Assembly: GCA_045648585.1 (NCBI GenBank)
Contig: JAZROI010000106.1
Coordinates: 1 to 62,071 of the forward strand
Direction: 5' to 3'
DNA length: 62,071 bases
Source of the DNA: Acutalibacteraceae bacterium
GTDB taxonomy: Bacteria; Bacillota; Clostridia; Oscillospirales; Acutalibacteraceae
This document shows, piece after piece, positions 47,803 to 56,479 of the stretch. How positions within the stretch are numbered: position 1 is the stretch's first letter; every line of letters begins with the position of its first letter. The position numbers and the translations under genes were made by a program. The notes under the pieces are model-generated. The model did no database searches and was not told the origin of the DNA. It saw nothing but the letters and a program-made list of their open reading frames with translations.

Positions 47803-48891
47803 ATGGAAAAGATTTTAAAAATTGGTATCATCGGTTGTGGCGGTATTGCTAACGGTAAGCATATGCCTGCACTTCAAAAGGTTGAAGACGTAGAGATGGT
47901 TGCTTTCTGCGATATTGTTAAAGAAAGAGCCGAAAAGGCTGCTAAAAAATTCGGTACACCCGATGCTAAGGTGTATGAAGATTACAAAGAGCTTTTAAAG
48001 GACGAAAGCATCGATATTGTTCATGTTTGTACTCCTAACCGTTCTCATAGCTTTATTACTATTGATTCTCTTGAAGCAGGTAAGCACGTAATGTGTGAAA
48101 AGCCTATGGCAAAAACCTATGAAGAAGCAAAGGCTATGTGCGAGGCTGCCGAAAGAACAGGCAAAAAGCTTTCTATCGGCTATCAGAATCGTCAGACTGA
48201 CGAAAATCTTTACGTTAAAAAGTGTGCGGAAAACGGTGAATTCGGTGAGATTTACTACGGTAAGGCTCTTGCTATACGCCGTCGTGCAGTTCCCACTTGG
48301 GGCGTTTTTCTTAACGAATATGAGCAGGGAGGCGGCCCTCTTATTGATATCGGTACTCACGCTCTTGATATGACTCTTTGGGTTATGGATAACTATGAGC
48401 CTGAAATGGTTGTAGGTCAGACCTTCCGTAAGCTTGCTGACCAGGAAGAACAGGGTAATGCCTGGGGCAATTGGGACCCTAAAGAGTTTACCGTTGAAGA
48501 CTCTGCGTTTGGCTTTATAAAAATGAAAAACGGTGCAGTTATCAACCTTGAATCAAGCTGGGCACTTAATATCGCAGACCCCCAAGAAGCTTGCTATATG
48601 ATTTGCGGTGAAAAAGGCGGTGCTGACACTATTAACGACCAAGCTCGTATCAACTACATAAAAAATCAGCGTCAGTGCATCGAAATTCCCAACCTTGATG
48701 CAGGCGGTGCCGCATTCTTCGAAGGTCAGAAGAGCGGTTCACCCGCAGAGATGGAAGCATCATCATGGATTCACGCTATAAGAACTGACACAGACCCCGT
48801 TGTTCTTCCCCGTCAGGCACTTGTTGTTACGAGAATTCTTGAAGCGATTTATGAATCAGCCAAGACTGGTAAACCCGTTTATTTTGATTAA
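47803..48891 (+). CDS. Gfo/Idh/MocA-family NAD(P)-dependent oxidoreductase
   Basis: Rossmann N-terminus KIGIIGCGGIANGKH and an EKP motif (CEKPMA). Confidence 0.85.
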   Translation: MEKILKIGIIGCGGIANGKHMPALQKVEDVEMVAFCDIVKERAEKAAKKFGTPDAKVYEDYKELLKDESIDIVHVCTPNRSHSFITIDSLEAGKHVMCEKPMAKTYEEAKAMCEAAERTGKKLSIGYQNRQTDENLYVKKCAENGEFGEIYYGKALAIRRRAVPTWGVFLNEYEQGGGPLIDIGTHALDMTLWVMDNYEPEMVVGQTFRKLADQEEQGNAWGNWDPKEFTVEDSAFGFIKMKNGAVINLESSWALNIADPQEACYMICGEKGGADTINDQARINYIKNQRQCIEIPNLDAGGAAFFEGQKSGSPAEMEASSWIHAIRTDTDPVVLPRQALVVTRILEAIYESAKTGKPVYFD

Positions 48892-49039
48892 ATCGCCCAT
48901 AGCACCTTTTGTTGCACGGGGCAGTATCGGTATACAGCACCACTCGCACCAAAAGGCACGCTGAACGATTTTCTCTAAAGTAAACTAAAGCACCTTTTGA
49001 TAGTTGGTGTAGTATAAACAATAATTAGGAGAAAATAAA

Positions 49040-49765
49040 ATGAAATTTGCAGTACAGCTTTATTCAGTTCGTGACCATATCAATAACGGTGACGATATGT
49101 TGGAAATTTTAGGAAAAGTAAAAGAAATCGGTTTTGACGGTGTTGAATTTGCAGGCTATTTTGATTTACCTGCCGAAAAGCTTCGTGCAAGATGTGACGA
49201 GTTAGGTCTTGAGATTGTCGGTAGTCATTTAGGTCTTGATGATTTCATTCCCGAAAATCTTGATAAAACTCTTGAATACGGAAAAGCACTCGGCGCAAAA
49301 TATCTCGGCGTCGGCGGTGCACCTCACTCAACATATGAGGAAGCAAAAAGCACAGGCGACGTTTTAAGCGCCGCAGGCGTTAAGGCTCGTGAAATGGGTA
49401 TGGATACTTATTACCATAATCACACGGAAGAATTTGAGGATATCAAGGACGGCAAAAACGCTATGGATATTATTTCCGAAAATGGCTGTAAGCTTGAGGT
49501 GGATACATACTGGAGCTTCTGTGCAGGTATTGATAACAGTAAATATCTTCCCGAAAACAAGGATAAAATAGTTCTCATTCATATAAAAGACGGTGTTGAC
49601 CATAAGCCTATGGCTCTCGGTGAGGGTGAAAACGATCTTAAGAAGGTTATTGAGGGTGTTAATGCTATCGGGCTCCAATGGGTTGTTCTTGAAAACGACG
49701 ACCCCGTTCCCACAGGCCTTGAAGATATCACAAGAAGCTTTGCTTGGTTAAAAAACAATTTCTAA
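49040..49765 (+). CDS. Xylose-isomerase-like TIM-barrel protein (sugar phosphate isomerase/epimerase family)
   Basis: 241 aa. Contains FDGVEF, HNH.EEF and IHIKD motifs typical of the family. Confidence 0.75.
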   Translation: MKFAVQLYSVRDHINNGDDMLEILGKVKEIGFDGVEFAGYFDLPAEKLRARCDELGLEIVGSHLGLDDFIPENLDKTLEYGKALGAKYLGVGGAPHSTYEEAKSTGDVLSAAGVKAREMGMDTYYHNHTEEFEDIKDGKNAMDIISENGCKLEVDTYWSFCAGIDNSKYLPENKDKIVLIHIKDGVDHKPMALGEGENDLKKVIEGVNAIGLQWVVLENDDPVPTGLEDITRSFAWLKNNF

Positions 49766-49787
49766 AAATCTAAAAGAGGTATAAAAA

Positions 49788-50759
49788 ATGAAACTCGGTG
49801 TATTAACAAATTTATTAGGTAGCGTTTCTCTTGAGGAAGCTCTTAAATATTTTCAGAGTCTTGGTCTTGAAATGGTTGAAATCGGTTGTGGCGGCTTCCC
49901 AGGTAAAGCACATGCAGACCCCGACATTCTTCTTAACGATGAAAAAGCACTTGAAGCTTTCAAGGCTCTTCTTAAAAAATATAACGTTGAAATCAGTGCT
50001 TTAAGCTGTCACGGTAACCCCGTTCATCCTAACAAAGAAATTGCAAAAAGCTTTGATGAGGATATGAGAAAAGCGATTCTTCTTGCAGAAAAATTAGGTG
50101 TTCATCAGATAAACACCTTCTCAGGCTGCCCCGGTGACTGTGAGGATTCAAAATATCCTAACTGGGTAACTTGCCCTTGGCCTAATGATTTCGGCGAAAT
50201 TCTTGAATATCAGTGGAATGAAGTGCTTATTCCTTACTGGAAGGAATTTGTAAAATTCAGCACGGCTCACGGTGTAGATAAAATTGCTCTTGAGCTTCAC
50301 CCCGGCTTCTGTGTTTATAACACAGAAAGCCTTTTAAAGCTTCGTAACGCAGTAGGTAAAGAAATCGGTGCAAACCTTGACCTTTCTCACCTGATCTGGC
50401 AGGGTATGGACCCGATAGCAGTTATTCGCGCATTAGGTAAAGAAAATGCAATCTTCCATTTCCACGCAAAAGATACTAAAATTGATGATATCAACACAGC
50501 CGTTAACGGTGTTCTTGATGTTAAATCTTATGCTGACGAAATTAACCGTTCTTGGATATTCCGTTCAGTAGGCTTTGGTAACGGTGAAAGCTACTGGCGC
50601 GACGTAATCTCTAATCTTCGTATGGTAGGCTACGATTACGCAATTTCTATCGAACACGAAGATTCTCTTATGAGTCAGAACGAAGGTCTTGAAAAAGCAG
50701 TTGAGCTTCTCAAAAAATGTATAATAAAGCAAGGTTTAGAAGCAGCCTGGTGGATTTAA
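49788..50759 (+). CDS. Xylose-isomerase-like TIM-barrel protein
   Basis: 323 aa. Contains ALELHPG, HFHAKD and SIEHED motifs. Confidence 0.75.
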   Translation: MKLGVLTNLLGSVSLEEALKYFQSLGLEMVEIGCGGFPGKAHADPDILLNDEKALEAFKALLKKYNVEISALSCHGNPVHPNKEIAKSFDEDMRKAILLAEKLGVHQINTFSGCPGDCEDSKYPNWVTCPWPNDFGEILEYQWNEVLIPYWKEFVKFSTAHGVDKIALELHPGFCVYNTESLLKLRNAVGKEIGANLDLSHLIWQGMDPIAVIRALGKENAIFHFHAKDTKIDDINTAVNGVLDVKSYADEINRSWIFRSVGFGNGESYWRDVISNLRMVGYDYAISIEHEDSLMSQNEGLEKAVELLKKCIIKQGLEAAWWI

Positions 50760-50776
50760 AGTAAAGGGATATTATC

Positions 50777-51826
50777 ATGGAAAAAATCAACGTTGCCGTA
50801 GTTGGCTACGGTGGTATGGGGCGTTATCACGCAAACCATATTGAAGAATTTGAAAGATTTAATCTTGTAGGTATTTATGACATCAAGCAGTCTGCTTGTG
50901 ACGTTGCTACCGAAAAGGGTGTTTATGTTTACCCGAGCTTTGAGGCTCTTCTTGAAGATGAAAGGGTAGAGCTTATCGTTTGCGCTACTTATAACGACTG
51001 TCATAAGGATATAGCGATAAGAGCTATGAAAGCGGGTAAGGCTGTTATCAGCGAAAAGCCCGTTACGATGTGTTCCGAAGATCTTGAAGAAATGATTAAG
51101 GCTTCAGAGGAAACAGGAAAGCTTTTCACAGTTCATCAAAACCGACGTTGGGATAACGATTACCGGATGGTAAAAAGAGTTTTAGAAACTAACGAATTAG
51201 GCAACGTTTTTTCAATTGATTCAAGAGTTTACGGTTCACGCGGTATTCCCGGTGACTGGCGAAGAGAAAAACAGCACGGCGGCGGTATGCTTCTTGACTG
51301 GGGCGTTCATCTTCTTGACCAGATTTTAATGCTCAACGAGGGTAAAAAGCTTCTTACCGTTTACGCTACGATGACTAACGTAACTAACGATGAGGTTGAC
51401 GACGGCTTCAGAGCAATTCTTAAATTTGAAAACGGTCCCGAATGTCTTGTTGAAGTGTTTACAAATAACTTTATTGAGGCTCCCCGTTGGTACGTTTGCG
51501 GTGAAAATGGTACTGCTATTATCAGAGACTGGGATATGAACGGTGAAATAGTTAAAATCAAAGACTGGGAAATTATGGATGCAGTTCCGATTCAAGCAGG
51601 TGCAGGTATTACTAAAACTATGGCACCGAGAACTGACGAAACTATTAAAAAATTCCCGTTTGAAAAGATATACGTTGAATGGTCGGATTATTACAACAAT
51701 ATCTACGACGTTCTTCGCAACGGTGCTCAGCAGCTTATAACTCACGACCAGCAACGCAGACTTATGAAGCTTATGGAAGCTATAATTGAATCTGCAGAGA
51801 AGAATGAAGTTATCAAATTTGAATAA
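50777..51826 (+). CDS. Gfo/Idh/MocA-family oxidoreductase
   Basis: VAVVGYGGMGRYH Rossmann N-terminus and SEKP motif. Confidence 0.85.
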   Translation: MEKINVAVVGYGGMGRYHANHIEEFERFNLVGIYDIKQSACDVATEKGVYVYPSFEALLEDERVELIVCATYNDCHKDIAIRAMKAGKAVISEKPVTMCSEDLEEMIKASEETGKLFTVHQNRRWDNDYRMVKRVLETNELGNVFSIDSRVYGSRGIPGDWRREKQHGGGMLLDWGVHLLDQILMLNEGKKLLTVYATMTNVTNDEVDDGFRAILKFENGPECLVEVFTNNFIEAPRWYVCGENGTAIIRDWDMNGEIVKIKDWEIMDAVPIQAGAGITKTMAPRTDETIKKFPFEKIYVEWSDYYNNIYDVLRNGAQQLITHDQQRRLMKLMEAIIESAEKNEVIKFE

Positions 51827-51830
51827 AATA

Positions 51831-51865
51831 AAAAGGCAGTTCATTATGAACTGCCTTTTGTTTTT
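51831..51865. terminator. Bidirectional intrinsic terminator
   Basis: Stem AAAAGGCAGTTC / GAACTGCCTTTT. Confidence 0.85.
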
Positions 51866-51869
51866 GTGG

Positions 51870-52520
51870 TTATCTGATTGTGTACTGATAGTTAACTCCA
51901 TCAACGGTAATGGTTAAAAATAAGGGGGCTGTTGAAGTTTCTACCTCTTCAGGACATTCAATAAGATATTTCATAGCTTGCGTTGAAAGTGGAGAAACTG
52001 ATGTAATATTTGCGTAGGTAAAATCGCCACCTTCATCAACAACAGCAAAACCTGAGTAAGTGTATCCGTTATTATAATCAGCTTTTACACCTAACAATTC
52101 GTCGCACTCTATATCAGCTTTACCATTATTTTTAACGTCAACAGATAATACGATATAAACTTTACCTGCATCAGGTGTGTAATGTGAGTAAAAACTATCG
52201 GGATTGTCAGGCATTACATCGTAAGAAAATTCACTCTTTTTGATAGTAACCTCTTTTGTTGGTGTTGTAATAACGTTACCATCAGTAATTGTTTGAACTT
52301 GCGGTGCAGGTGCTTGAGTTTCAACAGTATTGTTGTTATTGTCTACAACACCAACGTTTTGCTGATCGGCATTGTTATTGTTACCTGTTTGTGAATCATT
52401 TGAACCAAAACTGCCAATGATAATTAATGCAACTATAATAATAGCAGCTATTATTGCAATTTTTTTGCCTTTCCCTTTTTTCTTTTCAGGGTTTGTAGTG
52501 TGGCTGCTTTCTTCTGACAT
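51870..52520 (-). CDS. Membrane-anchored extracellular protein (Lys-rich N-terminus, TM helix, Asn-rich linker, DUF4352-like beta domain)
   Basis: 216 aa. KKKGKGKKIAIIAAIIIVALIIIGSFG anchor. The C-terminal beta-rich domain is assigned by resemblance only. Confidence 0.55.
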   Translation of the reverse strand: MSEESSHTTNPEKKKGKGKKIAIIAAIIIVALIIIGSFGSNDSQTGNNNNADQQNVGVVDNNNNTVETQAPAPQVQTITDGNVITTPTKEVTIKKSEFSYDVMPDNPDSFYSHYTPDAGKVYIVLSVDVKNNGKADIECDELLGVKADYNNGYTYSGFAVVDEGGDFTYANITSVSPLSTQAMKYLIECPEEVETSTAPLFLTITVDGVNYQYTIR

Positions 52521-52573
52521 AATAATACCTCCTAAGTATTTAGTTATTACATATTAACACATAAGCAGACACT

Positions 52574-52591
52574 TGTCAACATATGTTGACA
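52574..52591. promoter_or_regulatory. Perfect 18-bp palindrome TGTCAACATATGTTGACA containing back-to-back TTGACA -35 elements
   Basis: Located between divergent genes 51870..52520 and 52637..52870. Confidence 0.6.
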
Positions 52592-52636
52592 GTAAATCGC
52601 TTTCTGTAGATTAAACTGAAAGCGTGAGGTGGTATA

Positions 52637-52870
52637 ATGTTTGTTCCATCGTTAGATCCTAAAATAGTGGGTAATGTAATTGCGGAAATTCGCAAGAATA
52701 AAAAATTATCGCAAGAAGTTGTCAGTGGTTTGGCAGATATTGGAAGAACGCATTTAAGTGCAATAGAGCACGGTGAAAGAAAACCGACATTAGAAACATT
52801 ATATAAAATTTCGTGTGCTCTTAACGTCAAAATGAGTGATATAATTATTGAAATAGAAAAAAGAATATAG
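52637..52870 (+). CDS. XRE-family HTH transcriptional regulator (77 aa)
   Basis: IRKNKKLSQEVVSGLADIGRTHLSAIEHGERKPTLETL. RBS is TGAGGTGG. Confidence 0.8.
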   Translation: MFVPSLDPKIVGNVIAEIRKNKKLSQEVVSGLADIGRTHLSAIEHGERKPTLETLYKISCALNVKMSDIIIEIEKRI

Positions 52871-52906
52871 TCACTTGTTAAAAAATAAAATGTTTGAATA
52901 AAACTC

Positions 52907-52935
52907 TTGCAATTTTTGGCGATTAGTGTTAGAAT
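52907..52935 (+). promoter_or_regulatory. Promoter with extended -10
   Basis: TTGCAA (52907-52912), 17-nt spacer ending TGT, then TAGAAT (52930-52935). Confidence 0.55.
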
Positions 52936-52967
52936 GTAAAAAAATAGTCTTGAAAGGATGCTAACTT

Positions 52968-53516
52968 ATGAAAAAGGTTTTAGCGGCAGCACTTTGTTTG
53001 TGCCTTCTTTTCTGTGCATTTGTAGTTCCTACAAGTGCAGCAAATATTGTAGTTGATGAAATTGTTTCAGAAATCAGAATTTGCCCCGGCAAAGTTCTTG
53101 ATAAAGCTTTAGATGCTCCCGGCGTATCAGGCGTTGTTTACTCAGAAGGTTGGGAGATTTTATCTGCTGACGGCGTTTGGATTCCTTACGACGGTTCTCC
53201 TCTTGAAGAGGGCGAAATGTATATTAAATATTTCGCAGCAGATCCTGCAAACGCATATGAATACTCAAATGTTTGCCACGTAATCGTTGACCACAACCCT
53301 CAGGGCGGTTACGAGTATGACGGTATGCACCACTGGCGTGATTGCGCTGATTGCGGCGGTCAGGCAGAAAAGGGTTCTCACACAACTCTTGACCATAGCT
53401 ACACACCTAACGACACAATCTGTCAGGTATGCGGTCAGACAAGAACATCTCAGTATACAGGCATTAAGGCATTTATTGCATGGATTATGTCTCTTATCGG
53501 TATGTTACTTGCTTAA
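52968..53516 (+). CDS. Secreted Cys/His-rich protein with C-terminal TM anchor
   Basis: 182 aa. Signal peptide ...VPTSAAN, a HHWRDCADCGG...CQVCG motif and a C-terminal hydrophobic helix. Confidence 0.6.
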   Translation: MKKVLAAALCLCLLFCAFVVPTSAANIVVDEIVSEIRICPGKVLDKALDAPGVSGVVYSEGWEILSADGVWIPYDGSPLEEGEMYIKYFAADPANAYEYSNVCHVIVDHNPQGGYEYDGMHHWRDCADCGGQAEKGSHTTLDHSYTPNDTICQVCGQTRTSQYTGIKAFIAWIMSLIGMLLA

Positions 53517-53590
53517 TGAATAGTATTGTTGTTTGATAAAGGGATTCTTTTTGAATCCCTTTATTTTTTTGTTTTAATCCTTTGATTTTC

Positions 53591-53619
53591 TTGACATTTA
53601 TTTATTATTAGTTTATATT
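53591..53619 (+). promoter_or_regulatory. Candidate promoter of the mgtE leader
   Basis: TTGACA (53591-53596), 17-nt spacer, TATATT (53614-53619). Confidence 0.5.
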
Positions 53620-53625
53620 TATCTA

Positions 53626-53878
53626 TGGATTAGACATATTATAAAAGGAGTGTGACAGTTAATGGATTCGGGCAGTAGCGGACATGGGCGAAGTAGCATT
53701 TATTTAAAATCAGCGACCTTGCAGTCTGAGTTCATTGCAGACTGTTGATATTGCTGTTACGTTTCGTAACGGTAAGTATAATTTTTGTCGCTGAGTCGTA
53801 AGGCTCAGTTTTTTTATTTGCTTTTTACCCTCCTACATCTGCAAATCTGGGGTTTACCCAAGTAAAAAGGAGGATTTT
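53626..53878 (+). promoter_or_regulatory. Structured 5' leader of mgtE with terminator/antiterminator and anti-SD elements (class unassigned)
   Basis: Long-range pair CAGCGAC (53711-17) / GTCGCTG (53787-93) encloses hairpins 53722-44 and 53756-70. Its 3' arm overlaps the terminator at 53790-53815 (CTGAGTC-GTAA-GGCTCAG plus T7). CCCTCCT (53828-34) is complementary to the RBS AGGAGG. Confidence 0.6.
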
Positions 53879-55243
53879 ATGACAAAAGAGGTATTTGAAA
53901 GGCTTTTAAACGAAAAACAGTATAAAGCTATAAAAAGTATATTTGATACTATGAACCCCGTTGATACGGCGGTTTTATTACCTGAATTTGAAGACGACAA
54001 ATCATTAGTTATGCTTTTCCGTCTTATTCCTAAAGAGAATGCCGCAATGGTATTTACTTATATGGAGCCTGAGCAACAGCAGGTGCTTCTCGAAACCTTT
54101 ACAGACCGAGAATTAAAAACTATTATGGACGATATGTTCATTGACGATACTGTTGATATAATTGAAGAAATGCCTGCAAACGTAGTTGAAAGAATTCTTT
54201 CTGCGGCAGGTGGCAAAAGGGCGGCTATAAATACTATTCTCAACTACCCCGAGGATAGTGCTGGTAGCATTATGACTCTCGAATACGTTAGTCTTGCACC
54301 TACTATGACTATCGGTGATGCCCTTAAAAAGATTAAATCAAGAGGTGTACATTCTGAAACGGTTAACGTTTGTTACGTTATTGAAAAGCATAAGCTTCTC
54401 GGCACTGTTACTGCAATGGACCTTCTTATTTGCGATGATGACGAGTTTCTTTCAGATGTTATGGAGGAAAATCCAATATCAGTAAAAACCTTAAGCGATA
54501 AGGAAGAGGTTGCTCAGTTATTTAATAAATACGACGTTGTTTCACTTCCTGTTGTTGATAATGAAAACTGCATGGTAGGTATCGTTACCTTTGACGATGC
54601 TATCGACGTTATTCAGGAAGAGGCAGAAGAGGACTTCCAGAAAATGGCGGCTATTGCCCCTACTACTGATAAGCCTTACCTTAAAATATCAGTTTGGGAA
54701 TTATGGAAGGGTCGTATTCCGTGGCTTATTTTCCTTATGCTTTCAGCAACCTTTACAGGGATGATTATTTCATCGTTTGAAGACGCACTTTCAAAAATAG
54801 TTGTTCTTACCGCTTTTATACCTATGCTTATGGGTACGGGCGGTAACTCGGGTAGCCAGGCTTCAGTTACCGTTATCCGTGGTCTTTCGTTAGGAGAAAT
54901 TGACGTAAGAGATATATTAAGAGTTTTATGGAAAGAAATCAGAGTTTCCGTTCTTTGCGGTGTATCTCTTGCGGTTGCCTGCTTTGTAAAAATAATTTTT
55001 ATAGACGGAATGCTTCTTAAAACCCCCGGTGTTACAAACAACGTTGCTTTAGTTGTTGCTCTTACTCTTTGCCTTACTGTAATTTGTGCAAAGGTTATCG
55101 GTTGTGTGCTTCCTATTGTTGCTAAAAAGATGAAGCTTGACCCTGCTGTAATGGCGAGCCCGTTTATTACAACTGTTGTGGACGGTGTTTCATTGCTCGT
55201 TTATTTCGGTATAGCAAAAGCTTTTCTTCCCGAATTGATGTAA
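53879..55243 (+). CDS. mgtE: Magnesium transporter MgtE
   Basis: 454 aa. N-domain, tandem CBS domains and a C-terminal TM domain with GTGGNSGSQ. Confidence 0.95.
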   Translation: MTKEVFERLLNEKQYKAIKSIFDTMNPVDTAVLLPEFEDDKSLVMLFRLIPKENAAMVFTYMEPEQQQVLLETFTDRELKTIMDDMFIDDTVDIIEEMPANVVERILSAAGGKRAAINTILNYPEDSAGSIMTLEYVSLAPTMTIGDALKKIKSRGVHSETVNVCYVIEKHKLLGTVTAMDLLICDDDEFLSDVMEENPISVKTLSDKEEVAQLFNKYDVVSLPVVDNENCMVGIVTFDDAIDVIQEEAEEDFQKMAAIAPTTDKPYLKISVWELWKGRIPWLIFLMLSATFTGMIISSFEDALSKIVVLTAFIPMLMGTGGNSGSQASVTVIRGLSLGEIDVRDILRVLWKEIRVSVLCGVSLAVACFVKIIFIDGMLLKTPGVTNNVALVVALTLCLTVICAKVIGCVLPIVAKKMKLDPAVMASPFITTVVDGVSLLVYFGIAKAFLPELM

Positions 55244-55283
55244 TTAAAAGCTAAATTGGTTTATATAAAAGGCGGTAAAATTT

Positions 55284-56405
55284 ATGCAGTTGAATTTTAA
55301 AAACGGTAAATTCAGAATAATGCAGGTAAGCGACCCTCAGGACCTTCAGTTTGTAAGGCCTACTATGATTCGTATGCTTAATGCGGCTTACGATAGCTTA
55401 AAGCCTGACCTTATCGTGCTTACAGGAGATAATATTTTAGGTAACCATCTTTGCGATGCCCGTATAGGCTCAAAGCTTGTTATCAAAGATAAAGAGGGTG
55501 AAGCAGAGGCTATGAGAATAGCTATTGATAAGCTCGTTTCCCCTATTGAAGAAAGAAAAATACCCTTCGGTATGATTTACGGTAACCACGATGACAGAAA
55601 CCGTCTTACAAAGGAAGAGCAAGCCGATTTTTACAGAGCTTATAGCTGTAATCTTGGTCTTGATGATGAAGAATCCGGTGACGTTGCTACTTACAATATA
55701 CCGATTTATTCCGAAGACGGCGAGAAGATTAAGTTCAATATCTGGATGATGGATTCCGCTTGGCATGATAAAGCGGAAGACAAATGCTATGAATTAGTAA
55801 AGCCTCAGGCTATCGAATGGTATAAAAATAAAAGCAAAAAATTAAAAGAGGAGAACGGCGGCGAGCCTGTTCCTTCTTTGATGTTTCAGCATATTCCCAT
55901 GCTTGAAACCGTTGAGCTTATTGAAGAATGTGCCGAAGGCACTCCCGGTTCGGTAAAGGGTCCCGATAACAAGTACTTTAAGCTTAAAGACGGTGTTAAG
56001 GGTGAAATAGGCGAGTATCCCTGTATGGTAAGCGAAAAAACAGGTCAGCTTGAAGCAATGAAGGAGTGCGGTGATATTAAAGCCGTAGTTTTCGGTCACG
56101 ACCATTGTAACTGCTTTGAGGGCGTTGTTGACGGTATCAATTTCGTTCAGACTGCTTGTGCTTCATTCCGTTGCTACGGTACAAGAAACAAGGGTGTAAG
56201 AATTTTTGACATAGACGAAGCAACGGGTAACTACGAAACAAGATTTTATAACTTCCACGACCTCTGCGGTGGCGGACTTTACAACGAGCTTTGCTATATC
56301 TGGGATGCAGATGATATGGTAAAACAAAAAGCAGGTCTTATCGCAGGCTGTGCTGCAGGCGCTATCGGTATAGGTGTTGCTATAGCAAAATTACTTAAAA
56401 AATAA
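55284..56405 (+). CDS. Metallophosphoesterase with C-terminal membrane anchor
   Basis: 373 aa. Contains MQVSDPQD, LTGDN, GNHDD and GHDH motifs, and a terminal hydrophobic helix followed by KLLKK. Confidence 0.75.
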   Translation: MQLNFKNGKFRIMQVSDPQDLQFVRPTMIRMLNAAYDSLKPDLIVLTGDNILGNHLCDARIGSKLVIKDKEGEAEAMRIAIDKLVSPIEERKIPFGMIYGNHDDRNRLTKEEQADFYRAYSCNLGLDDEESGDVATYNIPIYSEDGEKIKFNIWMMDSAWHDKAEDKCYELVKPQAIEWYKNKSKKLKEENGGEPVPSLMFQHIPMLETVELIEECAEGTPGSVKGPDNKYFKLKDGVKGEIGEYPCMVSEKTGQLEAMKECGDIKAVVFGHDHCNCFEGVVDGINFVQTACASFRCYGTRNKGVRIFDIDEATGNYETRFYNFHDLCGGGLYNELCYIWDADDMVKQKAGLIAGCAAGAIGIGVAIAKLLKK

Positions 56406-56479
56406 AAGTTTACATTTTAAAGTTGAAATATTTAAAAATGTAATGTATAATTTTAACAGTGAAAGCGAGGTCGTTATAT

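Noticed and set aside
51326-51904. 192-aa minus-strand ORF
   Set aside because: It is antisense to the Gfo/Idh/MocA oxidoreductase and runs through a strong bidirectional terminator.
53626-53878. M-box (ykoK) Mg2+ riboswitch upstream of mgtE
   Set aside because: It is expected from the gene context, but I could not find the conserved M-box sequence blocks as I recall them. The leader is kept as an unassigned structured leader, and a covariance-model scan is needed to be sure.
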